Shown here one piece after another: positions 1 to 9,399 of a DNA stretch of 40,484 bases. Made by a program: the position numbers and the translations under genes. Under the pieces are notes generated by a model. The model ran no database searches. It worked only from the letters and a program-made list of their open reading frames with translations, and was not told the DNA's origin. The stretch is from Nitrospinaceae bacterium (GTDB taxonomy: Bacteria; Nitrospinota; Nitrospinia; Nitrospinales; VA-1): assembly GCA_046754465.1 (NCBI GenBank), contig JBHHVU010000026.1, forward strand, positions 1 through 40,484, written 5' to 3'. Numbering within the stretch: position 1 is the first letter of the stretch; each line of letters begins with the position of its first letter.

Positions 1-29
1 TATCCCCCTCCCCGGGGGCCGGGGCGGCG
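1..29 (-). repeat. Fragment of the dispersed CATATAA hairpin repeat family (continues off the window)
   Basis: Reverse complement CGCCGCCCCGGCCCCCGGGGAGGGGGATA resembles CGCCGCCCCCGCCACGCGGGGAGGGAGATAG at ~24462-24492 and keeps a 6-bp stem with a 3-nt loop. Confidence 0.6.
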
Positions 30-836
30 ATGCAGTTCGGCGAGGATCACGGCGGCGGCGGCGGAAACATTGATCGATTGCACCGGGCCTTTTCCCGGAA
101 TATGGACCACCGCGTCGCAACGTTTTTTGACCCGTTCCGAAAGGCCATCCCGCTCGTTTCCCATGACCACCACACAGGGCCGGGGAACCTCGATCTCGTA
201 GAGAGACGTGGCGGATTGCAGGTCCGCTCCGAGGGTGAAAACTCCCTTTTTCCGGAAATCCCGGAGCGCGGAAGGCAGATCGCTGCAATGGTAAATCGGC
301 ACGATTTCCCAGGCCCCCTCGGCCATGCGGGCCGCCGAGGAGGTCATCATCGCCTGATCGTCCTGGGTCCCGGTGACCAGCGCCAGCGCTCCGAAAAATC
401 CGCAGGACCTCAGGATGGCGCCCAGGTTGTGGGGATTACCCACCCGGTCCAGGGCCACCACCACCCCGTCGCTGGGCAGGTCTTTCCGGATCAACGAATG
501 GACCGAACCCGGCGCGATGGGACGAGTTACCAGCACGACGCCTTCGTGGTGATAACTGGCGGCTACTTTGTTGAGTGATTCCGCGTCCAGTTGCCGGTAA
601 GGGAGCCTTTGGGACTGGCACCATTTTTTCAGCGGCGCCAACTGAGGGGAACGTTCCTTGCTGAAAAACATCCGCCGGATGTCCTGGGGACGATTTTCAA
701 AGACAGCCAGGCAGGCGTTCCAGCCATAGACGGTGAACTCCGATTCACGGGGCCGCTGAATTCCCGGCTTGCGGGTTTTGCCTTTTCTTTCAGGACGTTT
801 TATTTTGGCTGGCGGGGTTTTCAGGATTCTGGGCAC
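1..836 (-). CDS. TrmH/SpoU-family RNA 2'-O-methyltransferase (RlmB/YfiF-like); stop codon cut by the window edge
   Basis: Absent from the ORF track. Manual translation from GTG at 836 gives an open frame with VYGWNAC, HHEGV, LDRVGNPHNLGAILRSC, VVMGNERDGLS and IPGKGPVQSINVSAAAAV (SPOUT motifs). It ends ...HRRPGPRGGG followed by 'TA' at positions 2-1. Confidence 0.9.
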   Translation of the reverse strand, partial: MPRILKTPPAKIKRPERKGKTRKPGIQRPRESEFTVYGWNACLAVFENRPQDIRRMFFSKERSPQLAPLKKWCQSQRLPYRQLDAESLNKVAASYHHEGVVLVTRPIAPGSVHSLIRKDLPSDGVVVALDRVGNPHNLGAILRSCGFFGALALVTGTQDDQAMMTSSAARMAEGAWEIVPIYHCSDLPSALRDFRKKGVFTLGADLQSATSLYEIEVPRPCVVVMGNERDGLSERVKKRCDAVVHIPGKGPVQSINVSAAAAVILAELHRRPGPRGGG

Positions 837-850
837 TTCCAAACGCAGAC

Positions 851-1297
851 CTAACGCGCCAGGCTCTGCAATTGATCGTTCATCTCATCGAGGCGTTTGA
901 CGAGAAGTTCGATCAACTGGTTTTTGATTTTGTTCAGTAACAGGGGATTCAACCTTTCGATCATTTCACCATCCATCTTCAAAACCACGGTGTTTCCCTC
1001 CGCCAACGCGCTGGTGGTTCGAGGTTTCTTCCGGATGAGAGAGATTTCCCCGAAAACCGCCCCGGGTTGAAGCTTGGACAACACGGCCCCCGGTGATTTT
1101 TCGCGGGTGACTCGAACGGATCCCTGAAGGAGTATGAAAAGGGACAGATCGAGTTCTCCCTCCCCGATGATGGTTTCCCCATCCTTGCAAGTAATTAGAT
1201 TACAATCCAGTGAGGCAAGAAACCTCTTTTCCTCCAGGTTGAATTCATCGAAAAAAGGAATATTGGCGAACAGTTCCAATGCTTTTTCAAATTCCAC
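851..1297 (-). CDS. Stand-alone cyclic nucleotide-binding (cNMP/Crp N-terminal) domain protein
   Basis: IPFF...GETIIGEGE...LFILLQGSVRV...GAVFGEISLI...PRTTSALA matches the cNMP-binding signature. No C-terminal HTH. Confidence 0.85.
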   Translation of the reverse strand: MEFEKALELFANIPFFDEFNLEEKRFLASLDCNLITCKDGETIIGEGELDLSLFILLQGSVRVTREKSPGAVLSKLQPGAVFGEISLIRKKPRTTSALAEGNTVVLKMDGEMIERLNPLLLNKIKNQLIELLVKRLDEMNDQLQSLAR

Positions 1298-1621
1298 GAG
1301 GGTCTCCTTTTCCGGCCGGGCTCTTTTCCCGGCCCCGGGGATTCCTGCCGCTCAGAGGCTTCCCTATAATATCAGATAATCGGTGAAGGAGCGGGGATTT
1401 TGTGTTGAGGCGGCCGCGGCGCAATTTTTATCGGAAAGTTAATTCGGGAAGGGATTCCCCTGGAGCGGATTCAAGAGACCCATCCCGGTTTGACACAATA
1501 TCCGCACAAATTCCATGAAGCTATTGCGAAAACCCGTCCTTTGCATCGGATGGCCCGCGAAATCAGGGAGAAATCCCTTGAAAATCCCGGCTTGATTCCC
1601 GCAATGGCCGCTTTCCCCGTT

Positions 1622-1637
1622 TGGCAAGAATTTTGCT
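1622..1637 (+). promoter_or_regulatory. Sigma54 (RpoN) -24/-12 promoter
   Basis: TGGCAAGAATTTTGCT matches TGGCACG-N4-TTGCW with exact GG/GC spacing and ends 15 nt before the kinase ATG at 1653. Confidence 0.7.
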
Positions 1638-1652
1638 CGCTATATCGTAATT

Positions 1653-3167
1653 ATGAAAATCCTCATTGTAGACGATAGTTCCACCTTCCGGAAAATTGCC
1701 AGAAGAGAGTTGGAACAGGAGGGATATGAGATCCTGGAGGCCCGGGACGGCCGGGAGGCCCTGGAACAAATAACCTCCCATCCGGTGGACCTGGTGACGC
1801 TGGATGTGGAAATGCCGGAAATGGATGGTTATGAAACCTGCAAAAACCTGCGGTCCAGGGAATTCGCGCACCGGCTTCACCGAAAAGTGGAATCGATTCT
1901 GCCCGTTATCTTTATAACGGCCCGTGACACTCTGGAAGAACGGGCGAAAGGATTCCATGCGGGCGCGGCGGATTTCATCACGAAGCCTTTTCTGCCGGGC
2001 GAGCTCCTGGCTTCCGTCCATAAAATCCTCAAACCGGGAAACCGGTTCCAGGGCATGAATGCTCTGGTGGTGGATGACAGTCTTCCGACGCGCATGATCC
2101 TTTCCCAAATTCTTGGTAAACGGGGGGTGACCGTTCACACGGCCGAAAACGGAAGGGAAGGACTGGAAATACTAGGCACCCGGATGAACGAGATTGACAT
2201 CGTCATCACGGATTTTTTCATGCCCGAAATGGACGGGGAGGAATTGTGTGAAAGGATCCGGACCGATCTCAATCAAAAGGAGATCCCCATCCTGGTCTTG
2301 AGCGGTCTCTCGGAGAAATCCACCATAATCGATTTGTTCAAGGCGGGTGCGACCGATTATCTGATCAAGCCCTTCGTCAAGGAAGAACTTCTCGCGAGGA
2401 TCGAAGTGCACCTCAATATCCGGCTCCTTCACAAGGAACTCAACGGGAAGATCCTGGAACTCAAAAAACTGAATCAAATGAAAAACGATTTCCTTTCCAT
2501 TTGCTCGCACGATCTACGTTCTCCATTGACCAGCATCCTCGGCTTCACCGATCTTTTAATACAATCCGGCATGGACGATCAGGAAAGAAGGATCTGCCTG
2601 GAAACCATCCAATCGTCCGGCCAGTTTCTTCTCTCACTGATCAACGATCTTCTCGACCTGCAACGTTTTCAATCGGCCGCGGGGGACCTGGAAATGGAAC
2701 CCCTTTCCCTGGCGGAAATAGCGAAAAAAAGTTTAGCGTCGTTGAGTCCCTTGGCGGCCTTGAAGTACCTCGACGTGAAGTTGGACAACCATCTTCCGCC
2801 GGCATTGAAAGTGAGCGGGAATTCCAATGCCTTGAACCAGGGCCTCAACAATTTGTTGTCCAACGCGATCAAATTCACGCCGCGGCAAGGGACCATCAGA
2901 ATAAGCCTCGAGATGCAGGGGAAGGAGAAAATAGGGATCTCCGTCATCGATTCCGGAGTGGGGATTCCCCAGGAAAAGCTCCCGAATCTTTTCAAGGGCT
3001 GGACCAAGGCATCCCAGGCCGGAACGGATGGAGAAAAGGGAACGGGGTTGGGGCTGGCGATCACTCACCAGATCGTGAAAAGCCATGGGGGAACCCTGGA
3101 AGTCACCAGCCGGGAAGGCAAGGGATCGGTTTTCAGGATCGTGTTGCCGGTGGAATCCCTGGAATGA
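1653..3167 (+). CDS. Hybrid histidine kinase, REC-REC-HisKA-HATPase
   Basis: Two receiver domains (ILIVDD...LDVEMPEMDG...KPF; LVVDD...TDFFMPEMDG...KPF), H-box SHDLRSPL, N-box NLLSNAIKF, and G boxes DSGVGI and GTGLGL. Confidence 0.93.
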   Translation: MKILIVDDSSTFRKIARRELEQEGYEILEARDGREALEQITSHPVDLVTLDVEMPEMDGYETCKNLRSREFAHRLHRKVESILPVIFITARDTLEERAKGFHAGAADFITKPFLPGELLASVHKILKPGNRFQGMNALVVDDSLPTRMILSQILGKRGVTVHTAENGREGLEILGTRMNEIDIVITDFFMPEMDGEELCERIRTDLNQKEIPILVLSGLSEKSTIIDLFKAGATDYLIKPFVKEELLARIEVHLNIRLLHKELNGKILELKKLNQMKNDFLSICSHDLRSPLTSILGFTDLLIQSGMDDQERRICLETIQSSGQFLLSLINDLLDLQRFQSAAGDLEMEPLSLAEIAKKSLASLSPLAALKYLDVKLDNHLPPALKVSGNSNALNQGLNNLLSNAIKFTPRQGTIRISLEMQGKEKIGISVIDSGVGIPQEKLPNLFKGWTKASQAGTDGEKGTGLGLAITHQIVKSHGGTLEVTSREGKGSVFRIVLPVESLE

Positions 3168-3207
3168 TGAGAGCGGTTGGCAGGCGAGTCCAAATCATCC
3201 GCGGGGA

Positions 3208-4272
3208 TCATCCATGTCCGCCCATCATGAAAGCTTCCGAATCGCTGAACTTTGGAGGCGGCAGGTCCGCCACTTTACAAAAATAATCGGCGGCGCATTT
3301 CATCACCTCCCCGCTGCTTGGGCACTGGAACATTCTCCGGCGAAAGGCGGCCGCGCCGGGATACCCATAAACCAGCCGGGTGGAGAATTTTCGCAGAAGG
3401 ATCAGGGTGATCCGCGTATCGTAAACCTTTTCCAGTTCCATCCGGTACCGGGAAAGGAGGCCGAGGGGAGAGAGCGCCTCGCGTCCGGATTGGCCCAGGC
3501 ATTCCCGGAAAATCCAGGGATTGCGGATGGCCCCGCGCCCGATCATGACTGCGTCAACTCCGGATTCCTCCAGGCACTTTTTGGCGGCTTCGGCATCCCG
3601 GATGTCACCATTGCCCACGACGGGCAGACCCGCATTCTTTTTGACCTCGCGAATGATATCCCAATCGGCCCGGCCTTCATAGCCCTGGGCGCGGGTGCGG
3701 CCGTGAATGGCGGCCCACTCGCACCCGGCGTTGCCGGCGGCTTTCACGCATTCGTGGATGGTCAGTTCCGCCTCGCTCCATCCGGTCCGCATTTTTACCG
3801 TGAGCGGGAGGCCGATGCCCCGCCTGATTCGGTCAAGGAACGATTCCAGGTAGGCGGGATCACGCATGAGCGCCGCGCCGCATCCTTTTTTCACCACTTT
3901 TTTGACGGGACAGCCGAGGTTGATGTCGATGAATGACGCCCCCGCTTCCCTTACAATTGCCCCGGCGGCGATGATATCCTCCGCCGACTCCCCGAAAAGC
4001 TGGATGCCCACCAGGGTGCCGGGATCGGGATGAATGCAAATCAACTTCCGGGTCTTTTCCGAGTTGTGGAGCAGGCCCTTGGCCGACACCAGTTCGGAAA
4101 TGAGAACCCCAGCCCCCATTTCATCCATGAGTTTCCGGAAAACCACGTCGGTGATCCCCGCCATGGGGGCCAGCCAGAAAGGGTTGCGCGCCTGGGAGAT
4201 CAAACCCCTCCCGGGAACCGGTTTCGCCACGGGGTTTTGCTCCCGGGTGGACTTGTTGGGGAAGGAATTCAT
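3208..4272 (-). CDS. dusB: tRNA-dihydrouridine synthase (DusB-like)
   Basis: LAPMAGITD, QLFG, DINLGCP, GAALM, HGRTR, GNGDI and VMIGRGA motifs. Confidence 0.88.
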   Translation of the reverse strand: MNSFPNKSTREQNPVAKPVPGRGLISQARNPFWLAPMAGITDVVFRKLMDEMGAGVLISELVSAKGLLHNSEKTRKLICIHPDPGTLVGIQLFGESAEDIIAAGAIVREAGASFIDINLGCPVKKVVKKGCGAALMRDPAYLESFLDRIRRGIGLPLTVKMRTGWSEAELTIHECVKAAGNAGCEWAAIHGRTRAQGYEGRADWDIIREVKKNAGLPVVGNGDIRDAEAAKKCLEESGVDAVMIGRGAIRNPWIFRECLGQSGREALSPLGLLSRYRMELEKVYDTRITLILLRKFSTRLVYGYPGAAAFRRRMFQCPSSGEVMKCAADYFCKVADLPPPKFSDSEAFMMGGHG

Positions 4273-5177
4273 GAGTCCGGGTCCGCGACGATCTTTAAAA
4301 AAGGTTGGAAATGTTCCGGGCAGGCGGCGGTCAGTTCCAGTTTCCGGTCAAAACATTGGAAGCGGATCGTCCTCGCGTGCAGTCCAAACCGCGAATCGCA
4401 TCCGTTGGCCCGTCCATAGACCGGATCGTTGGCGACAGGCAAGCCCACGCTGGCAAGGTGCACGCGAATCTGATTGGTCCGCCCGGACAGGGGGATCACT
4501 TTCAGTAAGGATTGTTCCTTCAGGGTGCAGAGCCATTCCACGCGGGTCCGGGCGGGCTTGGCGCGGGGCAAGGATTTCCCGATACCCCGTTTGGATCCGT
4601 TGGCTTTCCCGATCGGCGCATCGATGATGAATCTTTTCTTGCCGGGGATGCCATCGACGATAGCCAGGTATTCCTTATCGATCCGGTTCTGTTGAAACTG
4701 GGTCATCAAACACGCAGCAGCCTCGCGGCTGCGGGCGAATACGATCAGCCCGGTGGTCATGGCGTCGAGCCTTTGAACCGGACGGGGAATTTCGCCGGGA
4801 TACACCTCTTTCAGGAGTTCCGTCATGCTGTTCTTGAAATAACGCCCGCTCGGATGAACGGGAAGGGGTGCCGCCTTGTTGAAAACCCGGAGTTCACGGT
4901 CTTCGTAAACCATGTTCAGACGGCGGTTGGCGGGGGGTTCCATCCGGATTCCCATGCGTGTGACGATTCGGTCCCGGTGCCGGAGCGTGAATCCTGGCGG
5001 CACTCTTTGGCCGTTCACGGTGATCCTCCCCGATTGAATTCGACGCACCCACTCCGCTTCGCTCTGGTAGCCGAACCGGGATGCAAAATATTTTTCGACC
5101 GGGAAGCCGTGGTATCCGGCGGGAACCCATGATTCGTAAATCTGCTCCGAGGGTGGCAGGTAATGTAATTCAGTCAT
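4269..5177 (-). CDS. RluA/RluD-family pseudouridine synthase
   Basis: NKAAPLPVHP, catalytic QRLDAMTTG, SGRTNQIRVH and DPVYG motifs. ATG at 5177 is preferred over TTG at 5192. Overlaps dusB by 4 bp. Confidence 0.88.
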   Translation of the reverse strand: MTELHYLPPSEQIYESWVPAGYHGFPVEKYFASRFGYQSEAEWVRRIQSGRITVNGQRVPPGFTLRHRDRIVTRMGIRMEPPANRRLNMVYEDRELRVFNKAAPLPVHPSGRYFKNSMTELLKEVYPGEIPRPVQRLDAMTTGLIVFARSREAAACLMTQFQQNRIDKEYLAIVDGIPGKKRFIIDAPIGKANGSKRGIGKSLPRAKPARTRVEWLCTLKEQSLLKVIPLSGRTNQIRVHLASVGLPVANDPVYGRANGCDSRFGLHARTIRFQCFDRKLELTAACPEHFQPFLKIVADPDS

Positions 5178-5258
5178 GGAGAAGGAGCCCAAAACCCCGT
5201 CCAGAATGAGGGAGGGTTACCGGCATTCGTTGGATTTCCAGACGCCGGGACCTGGAGG

Positions 5259-5822
5259 TCAGTTCCACTGGGGATTCACGGGAGCCTTGATCAGGTATTC
5301 GTATTCTTTCCCCAGCGACTGAACCACTTTGGCCCAGATGGTATCTTCCTTTTCCTCGAAAACGAATTCGTCCCTGGCGTCACAGGTAAGCCAGCTTTTT
5401 TGCTCCATTTCCCCGGCCAGTTGCCCCGCCGCCCAGCCGGAATAGCCGAGGTAAAAGCGGAGGTCTCTCTCGGGGTTGGGGATGCGCGGGATGACGCTTT
5501 CCAGAAAATTCCAGTCCATCCCCAAGTGAACGCCGTCACAGATGCGATCCATTTCCGGAATGGGATCGCCCGAACGGCAGATGTAAAACATCTGGGATTG
5601 TGAAACGGGACCGCCCACATAGACCTTGCTGTTGTAGGCACGCAAAATATCGATGTTGGCGAACACCTCGGCGGGTTTCAGGTCTGCCGCCTTGTTAATC
5701 ACCAGGCCGAAGGACCCGTGCTCGTCATGGTTGCACAGCAACACCACGGTCCTGGAAAAATTGGGGTCGGGCAACACCGGGTTGGCAATGAGAAAAGATC
5801 CCTTTCCGTACTTGTTGTTCAT
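5259..5822 (-). CDS. YqgE/AlgH family protein
   Basis: FLIANP..DPNFSRTVVLLC.H...GSFGLVIN, GGPV, FYLGYSGWAAGQL..E...SW motifs. Confidence 0.9.
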   Translation of the reverse strand: MNNKYGKGSFLIANPVLPDPNFSRTVVLLCNHDEHGSFGLVINKAADLKPAEVFANIDILRAYNSKVYVGGPVSQSQMFYICRSGDPIPEMDRICDGVHLGMDWNFLESVIPRIPNPERDLRFYLGYSGWAAGQLAGEMEQKSWLTCDARDEFVFEEKEDTIWAKVVQSLGKEYEYLIKAPVNPQWN

Positions 5823-5899
5823 GAGGCGGATATGGAAAAATCAACGGGAAACCCCTCGTCCCACGATGCCGGTACCAACGATTGGGGAGATGGGGTTTC

Positions 5900-6520
5900 T
5901 CAAAGATTTAAAGATTGCAGCTTGTTAAAATTAGAGCCTCTCCGGGCTTCATTTTTCGCTTCGACGGAAGTGAAATTATTGTCCAGGTACGCTGCCACCA
6001 GGTTCGGAAAAGCCTTGGAGCAGGCCATGGCCATCAGTCCTGGATCGCCGATTTCGTTCTGCGCCAAATCGAGTTCTTCGATTTTAGCAAGGCGGTTTTG
6101 CCCGGCGAAGATGATGGCCCCCTCGTCCTTGATTTTGTTGCGGTACAAATTGAGGGTTTTCACTTTCGCGAGGACCTGGGAAGTGGCGATCGCCCGGATG
6201 CCTATCGGGCCAATGTCGTTTCCTCCCAGTTCCAGCCAGCTGACCTTGGAAAACAGCGAGGCCTCGGACAGAAGCTTGGCGCCCAGGTCCCCGATCCGGT
6301 TGCCGCCCAGGTTCAATCGTTTCACCTTGCTCAACCGATCGTCTACCGTAATCATGGTCATTCCGTTGTATCCCACGCAATAGCCTTTAAGGTTGAGTTC
6401 CCTGGCATCTTCCGAGAGACAATCGGTGACAATTTTGTCGATCGTCTGCCGGAGTTTTTCTCCCGTAAGGTTGCACGGCTCCGCGGGTTTGTAAATTTCA
6501 AAATGGGTTATGGAAGGCAT
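5900..6520 (-). CDS. Leucine-rich repeat protein (ribonuclease-inhibitor-like, ~28-aa repeats)
   Basis: Repeats LNLGGNRIGDLGAKLL, LELGGNDIGPIGIRAI, LNLYRNKIKDEGAIIF and LDLAQNEIGDPGLMAM. Confidence 0.85.
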   Translation of the reverse strand: MPSITHFEIYKPAEPCNLTGEKLRQTIDKIVTDCLSEDARELNLKGYCVGYNGMTMITVDDRLSKVKRLNLGGNRIGDLGAKLLSEASLFSKVSWLELGGNDIGPIGIRAIATSQVLAKVKTLNLYRNKIKDEGAIIFAGQNRLAKIEELDLAQNEIGDPGLMAMACSKAFPNLVAAYLDNNFTSVEAKNEARRGSNFNKLQSLNL

Positions 6521-6651
6521 AAAAACCTCTTATTGGAAAGTTATGACCCAATCCTTCGGGAATTCTCCCAAGACTCCCAAGAGATTAAAAAAAAACCGTT
6601 AACGAAGGATAATCAAGCTTTATAAATGGTTTTCAACAGGCTATTATAAGG

Positions 6652-6680
6652 TTGACAGAAAATCAATATTATTTTAGATT
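6652..6680 (+). promoter_or_regulatory. Sigma70 promoter for hisI-hisG
   Basis: TTGACA (6652-6657), a 17-nt spacer, then TAGATT (6675-6680), in an AT-rich gap. GGGAG RBS precedes ATG 6704. Confidence 0.7.
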
Positions 6681-6703
6681 TCCCTCTTTTACCGGGAGCG
6701 TAT

Positions 6704-7084
6704 ATGAAATTAGACTTCGATAAGATGGGGGGTCTGGTTCCGGCGATTATCCAGGACGCGGAATCCGGCAAGGTTTTGATGTTGGCCTATATGAACCAGA
6801 TTGCCTGGGAAAAAACCCTCGAAACCGGGAAAGCTTGGTTTTACAGCCGCTCCCGGAACAAGCAATGGATGAAGGGAGAAGAGAGCGGCAACGTGCAGGT
6901 CGTCAAGGAGGTGTTGGTGGACTGCGATGAAGACACGGTTCTGCTGAAGGTGGAACAAGTGGGTAAGGCGGCCTGCCATAAGGGTTACACCAGCTGTTTC
7001 TTCAGGAAACTCAATGGAGATCTCGCGGTGGTTGAGGAAAAGGTATTCGATCCGGAAAAAGTCTATAAAAAAACCTCCAGGTAA
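6704..7084 (+). CDS. hisI: Phosphoribosyl-AMP cyclohydrolase
   Basis: [33 protein letters not shown] and [10 protein letters not shown] motifs. Confidence 0.95.
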   Translation: MKLDFDKMGGLVPAIIQDAESGKVLMLAYMNQIAWEKTLETGKAWFYSRSRNKQWMKGEESGNVQVVKEVLVDCDEDTVLLKVEQVGKAACHKGYTSCFFRKLNGDLAVVEEKVFDPEKVYKKTSR

Positions 7085-7119
7085 AAATAAATCTCGAACG
7101 TTGATAAGAGCCGAACACG

Positions 7120-7998
7120 ATGAGTGGAAATGTATTGAAATTGGGAATCCCTAAAGGGAGCCTGGAAGAAGCCACGGTCAAGCTTTTTTCCCGGGCGGGG
7201 TATGAAATCAAAATCAAGAGCCGGTCGTATTTCCCGGCCATCGACGATGATGAAATAGAATGCATGCTGATTCGTGCCCAGGAAATCGCCCGGTACGTGG
7301 CCGATGGAGTTCTCGATGCCGGGCTGACGGGCAAGGACTGGGTCATGGAAAACCGGGCGGATGTCGTGGAAATCGCCGACTTGGTGTATTCCAAGCAATC
7401 CTCCAAACCCGTCCGCTGGGTGCTCGCGGTTCCCAACGACTCGTCCATTCAATCGGTCAAGGACCTGCAAGGCAAGCGGGTCGCCACCGAAGCGGTCAAC
7501 ATGACCATCGACTTCCTGAAAAAACACGGGGTCAGCGCCCATGTGGAATTTTCCTGGGGCGCGACCGAGGTGAAACCCCCCAAGCTCGTAGACGCCATCG
7601 TGGAAATCACGGAAACCGGCAGTTCGCTGAGGGCCAACAACCTCCGCATCATCGAAACCATCATGGAATCCAATACCAAATTCATCATGAACAAGGATTC
7701 CCATGAAGATGCCTGGAAAAAGGATAAAGTCGAGCGCCTGGTCCTCATGCTTCAGAGCGCCATGGCCGCCAACGGGAAAGTCGGTTTGATGATGAATGTT
7801 CCGAAATCCAAGCTGGACGCGGTCATGAAGATCCTGCCCCCGGGGAAAAAACCCACCATTGCCGAACTGAGCGACAAGGACTGGGTGGACCTGACCCTCA
7901 TCATGGAAGAGAAAATAGTGCGCGATCTGGCGCCCGATCTGAAACGTGCCGGGGCGGAAGACATCGTCGAATACCCTCTGAACAAAATCATTCATTGA
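7120..7998 (+). CDS. hisG: ATP phosphoribosyltransferase (long form)
   Basis: [25 protein letters not shown] and [18 protein letters not shown] motifs. 292 aa with the C-terminal regulatory domain. Confidence 0.95.
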   Translation: MSGNVLKLGIPKGSLEEATVKLFSRAGYEIKIKSRSYFPAIDDDEIECMLIRAQEIARYVADGVLDAGLTGKDWVMENRADVVEIADLVYSKQSSKPVRWVLAVPNDSSIQSVKDLQGKRVATEAVNMTIDFLKKHGVSAHVEFSWGATEVKPPKLVDAIVEITETGSSLRANNLRIIETIMESNTKFIMNKDSHEDAWKKDKVERLVLMLQSAMAANGKVGLMMNVPKSKLDAVMKILPPGKKPTIAELSDKDWVDLTLIMEEKIVRDLAPDLKRAGAEDIVEYPLNKIIH

Positions 7999-8085
7999 CC
8001 CAGACCCGGCGGACGGCGCGGGTCCGCCCACCGGGAAAACCACGGGAGTCGTTTCCGTTGTCCGGGCGGGCGGCCAAGCATCACC

Positions 8086-9342
8086 ATGAATAAAGAAGAA
8101 GAAAACTCAGAATCCGCTCCCGAAGAAGAGAAAAACGCCTCTCCCCAACCCCTCCGCGAAGAACCCGAAACCCCCGGATCGGGTGAAACCCCGCAAGACT
8201 CTCCGGATGAATCCCCGCCGCCGGCGGAAGAGGGGGAGACCGAAATCCCCCCGTCCCATGAAGATGTGTCCGCCGAACCCTCCGAAGCCACGGAGGCGGA
8301 ACCCGAAGCTCAGCCCGAACCCGAAACCCCACCCGAAAAGCAGACCGTTCCCGAAAAAAAGAAAACCCCGTTCATCCGGTTCAGCACTTTTTTTCTGCTC
8401 CTTATCGTCGCGGGCCTGGCAGCGGCCGTCTATTACCTGATCGAAGACAAAGAGCGCAGCCTCAGACAATTCCACCGTGACATCGCCTCGCTGGAATCCC
8501 GTTTGCATTCCATGGAGAGAGAGGTTCCGCCGGGTCTCGCCACAACCCCGCCGCCGGTGGAAACGCCTCCGGAGGAAATGGAGTCCCCGGTGGCAGAAAC
8601 CGGAAAGCCGCTGACCGTGGAACAGCCTGAGGCCATACCGGTCCCCGAACCGGCCGTCCGGGAAGAGGTATCTACCGAAACGGCTGAAGAACCCTCCGGC
8701 GGAGAAGAGGAAGTGGCGCCAGAGGCGAAGGAAACAGCTGAAGAAGAAACCGGGGAGGCGACGGTAGAGGAAGAAGCCGCGGAGGAGGAAGCCGAGGTCC
8801 AGCCCCCTTCCGAAACGGCCCAAGCCGAACAGGAGGAATCCGGGGCAGCGCCGGAAGAAGAGGCCCCCGCCGGGGAAGAAGCTAAATTAGAACAGGCGCC
8901 CGTGGAAGAAGAAACCGCGAAGGAAGAAAAGGTACAAGGCCTCGGGATAACCGCCGAGGAAGCGGAGACCCCGCAAATTTCGGAAGAGGCCCCCGCCGGA
9001 GAAGAAGAACCTGCTGAAAAAAAGGCCGAGGCAATGGCTGAAAGCACAACTCATGAAGAAGAACCCGTTTCCGGTGAGGAAGAGATAAAAGCGGAAGAAC
9101 CCCCCGCCGAGTCTGTCGGGGAACAGGAAGTCACCTCTGTCCCAGAGGGCGCGGGCGTGGGCGAGGATCATCCTTCGGCGGCGGAGCCCAAAAAAGAAGC
9201 CGGGGAAGAGCGCCCCCTGGAGAGAAGCAAGGAGGTGCGCGACTACCTGGATTTTATCGAGGAGTCGGCGCGCCTCATTTTCGAATTCGCCAAATCCGCT
9301 TTTTATAAATCCCGCGACTACCTCACCGGCCTCATGGGATAA
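8086..9342 (+). CDS. Hypothetical Glu/Pro-rich single-pass membrane protein
   Basis: 418-aa ORF, extremely acidic and low-complexity. One hydrophobic segment (FSTFFLLLIVAGLAAAVYYLI) follows a basic patch, and the C-terminus is helical. Confidence 0.75.
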   Translation: MNKEEENSESAPEEEKNASPQPLREEPETPGSGETPQDSPDESPPPAEEGETEIPPSHEDVSAEPSEATEAEPEAQPEPETPPEKQTVPEKKKTPFIRFSTFFLLLIVAGLAAAVYYLIEDKERSLRQFHRDIASLESRLHSMEREVPPGLATTPPPVETPPEEMESPVAETGKPLTVEQPEAIPVPEPAVREEVSTETAEEPSGGEEEVAPEAKETAEEETGEATVEEEAAEEEAEVQPPSETAQAEQEESGAAPEEEAPAGEEAKLEQAPVEEETAKEEKVQGLGITAEEAETPQISEEAPAGEEEPAEKKAEAMAESTTHEEEPVSGEEEIKAEEPPAESVGEQEVTSVPEGAGVGEDHPSAAEPKKEAGEERPLERSKEVRDYLDFIEESARLIFEFAKSAFYKSRDYLTGLMG

Positions 9343-9399
9343 AGTTTCGATCTATCCTGTTTGACCCTTTCCCCTGGTTTCGCCAGGAAAACCACCCTC

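Noticed and set aside
30..578. 182-aa plus-strand ORF
   Set aside because: Antisense shadow of the TrmH-family gene on the minus strand.
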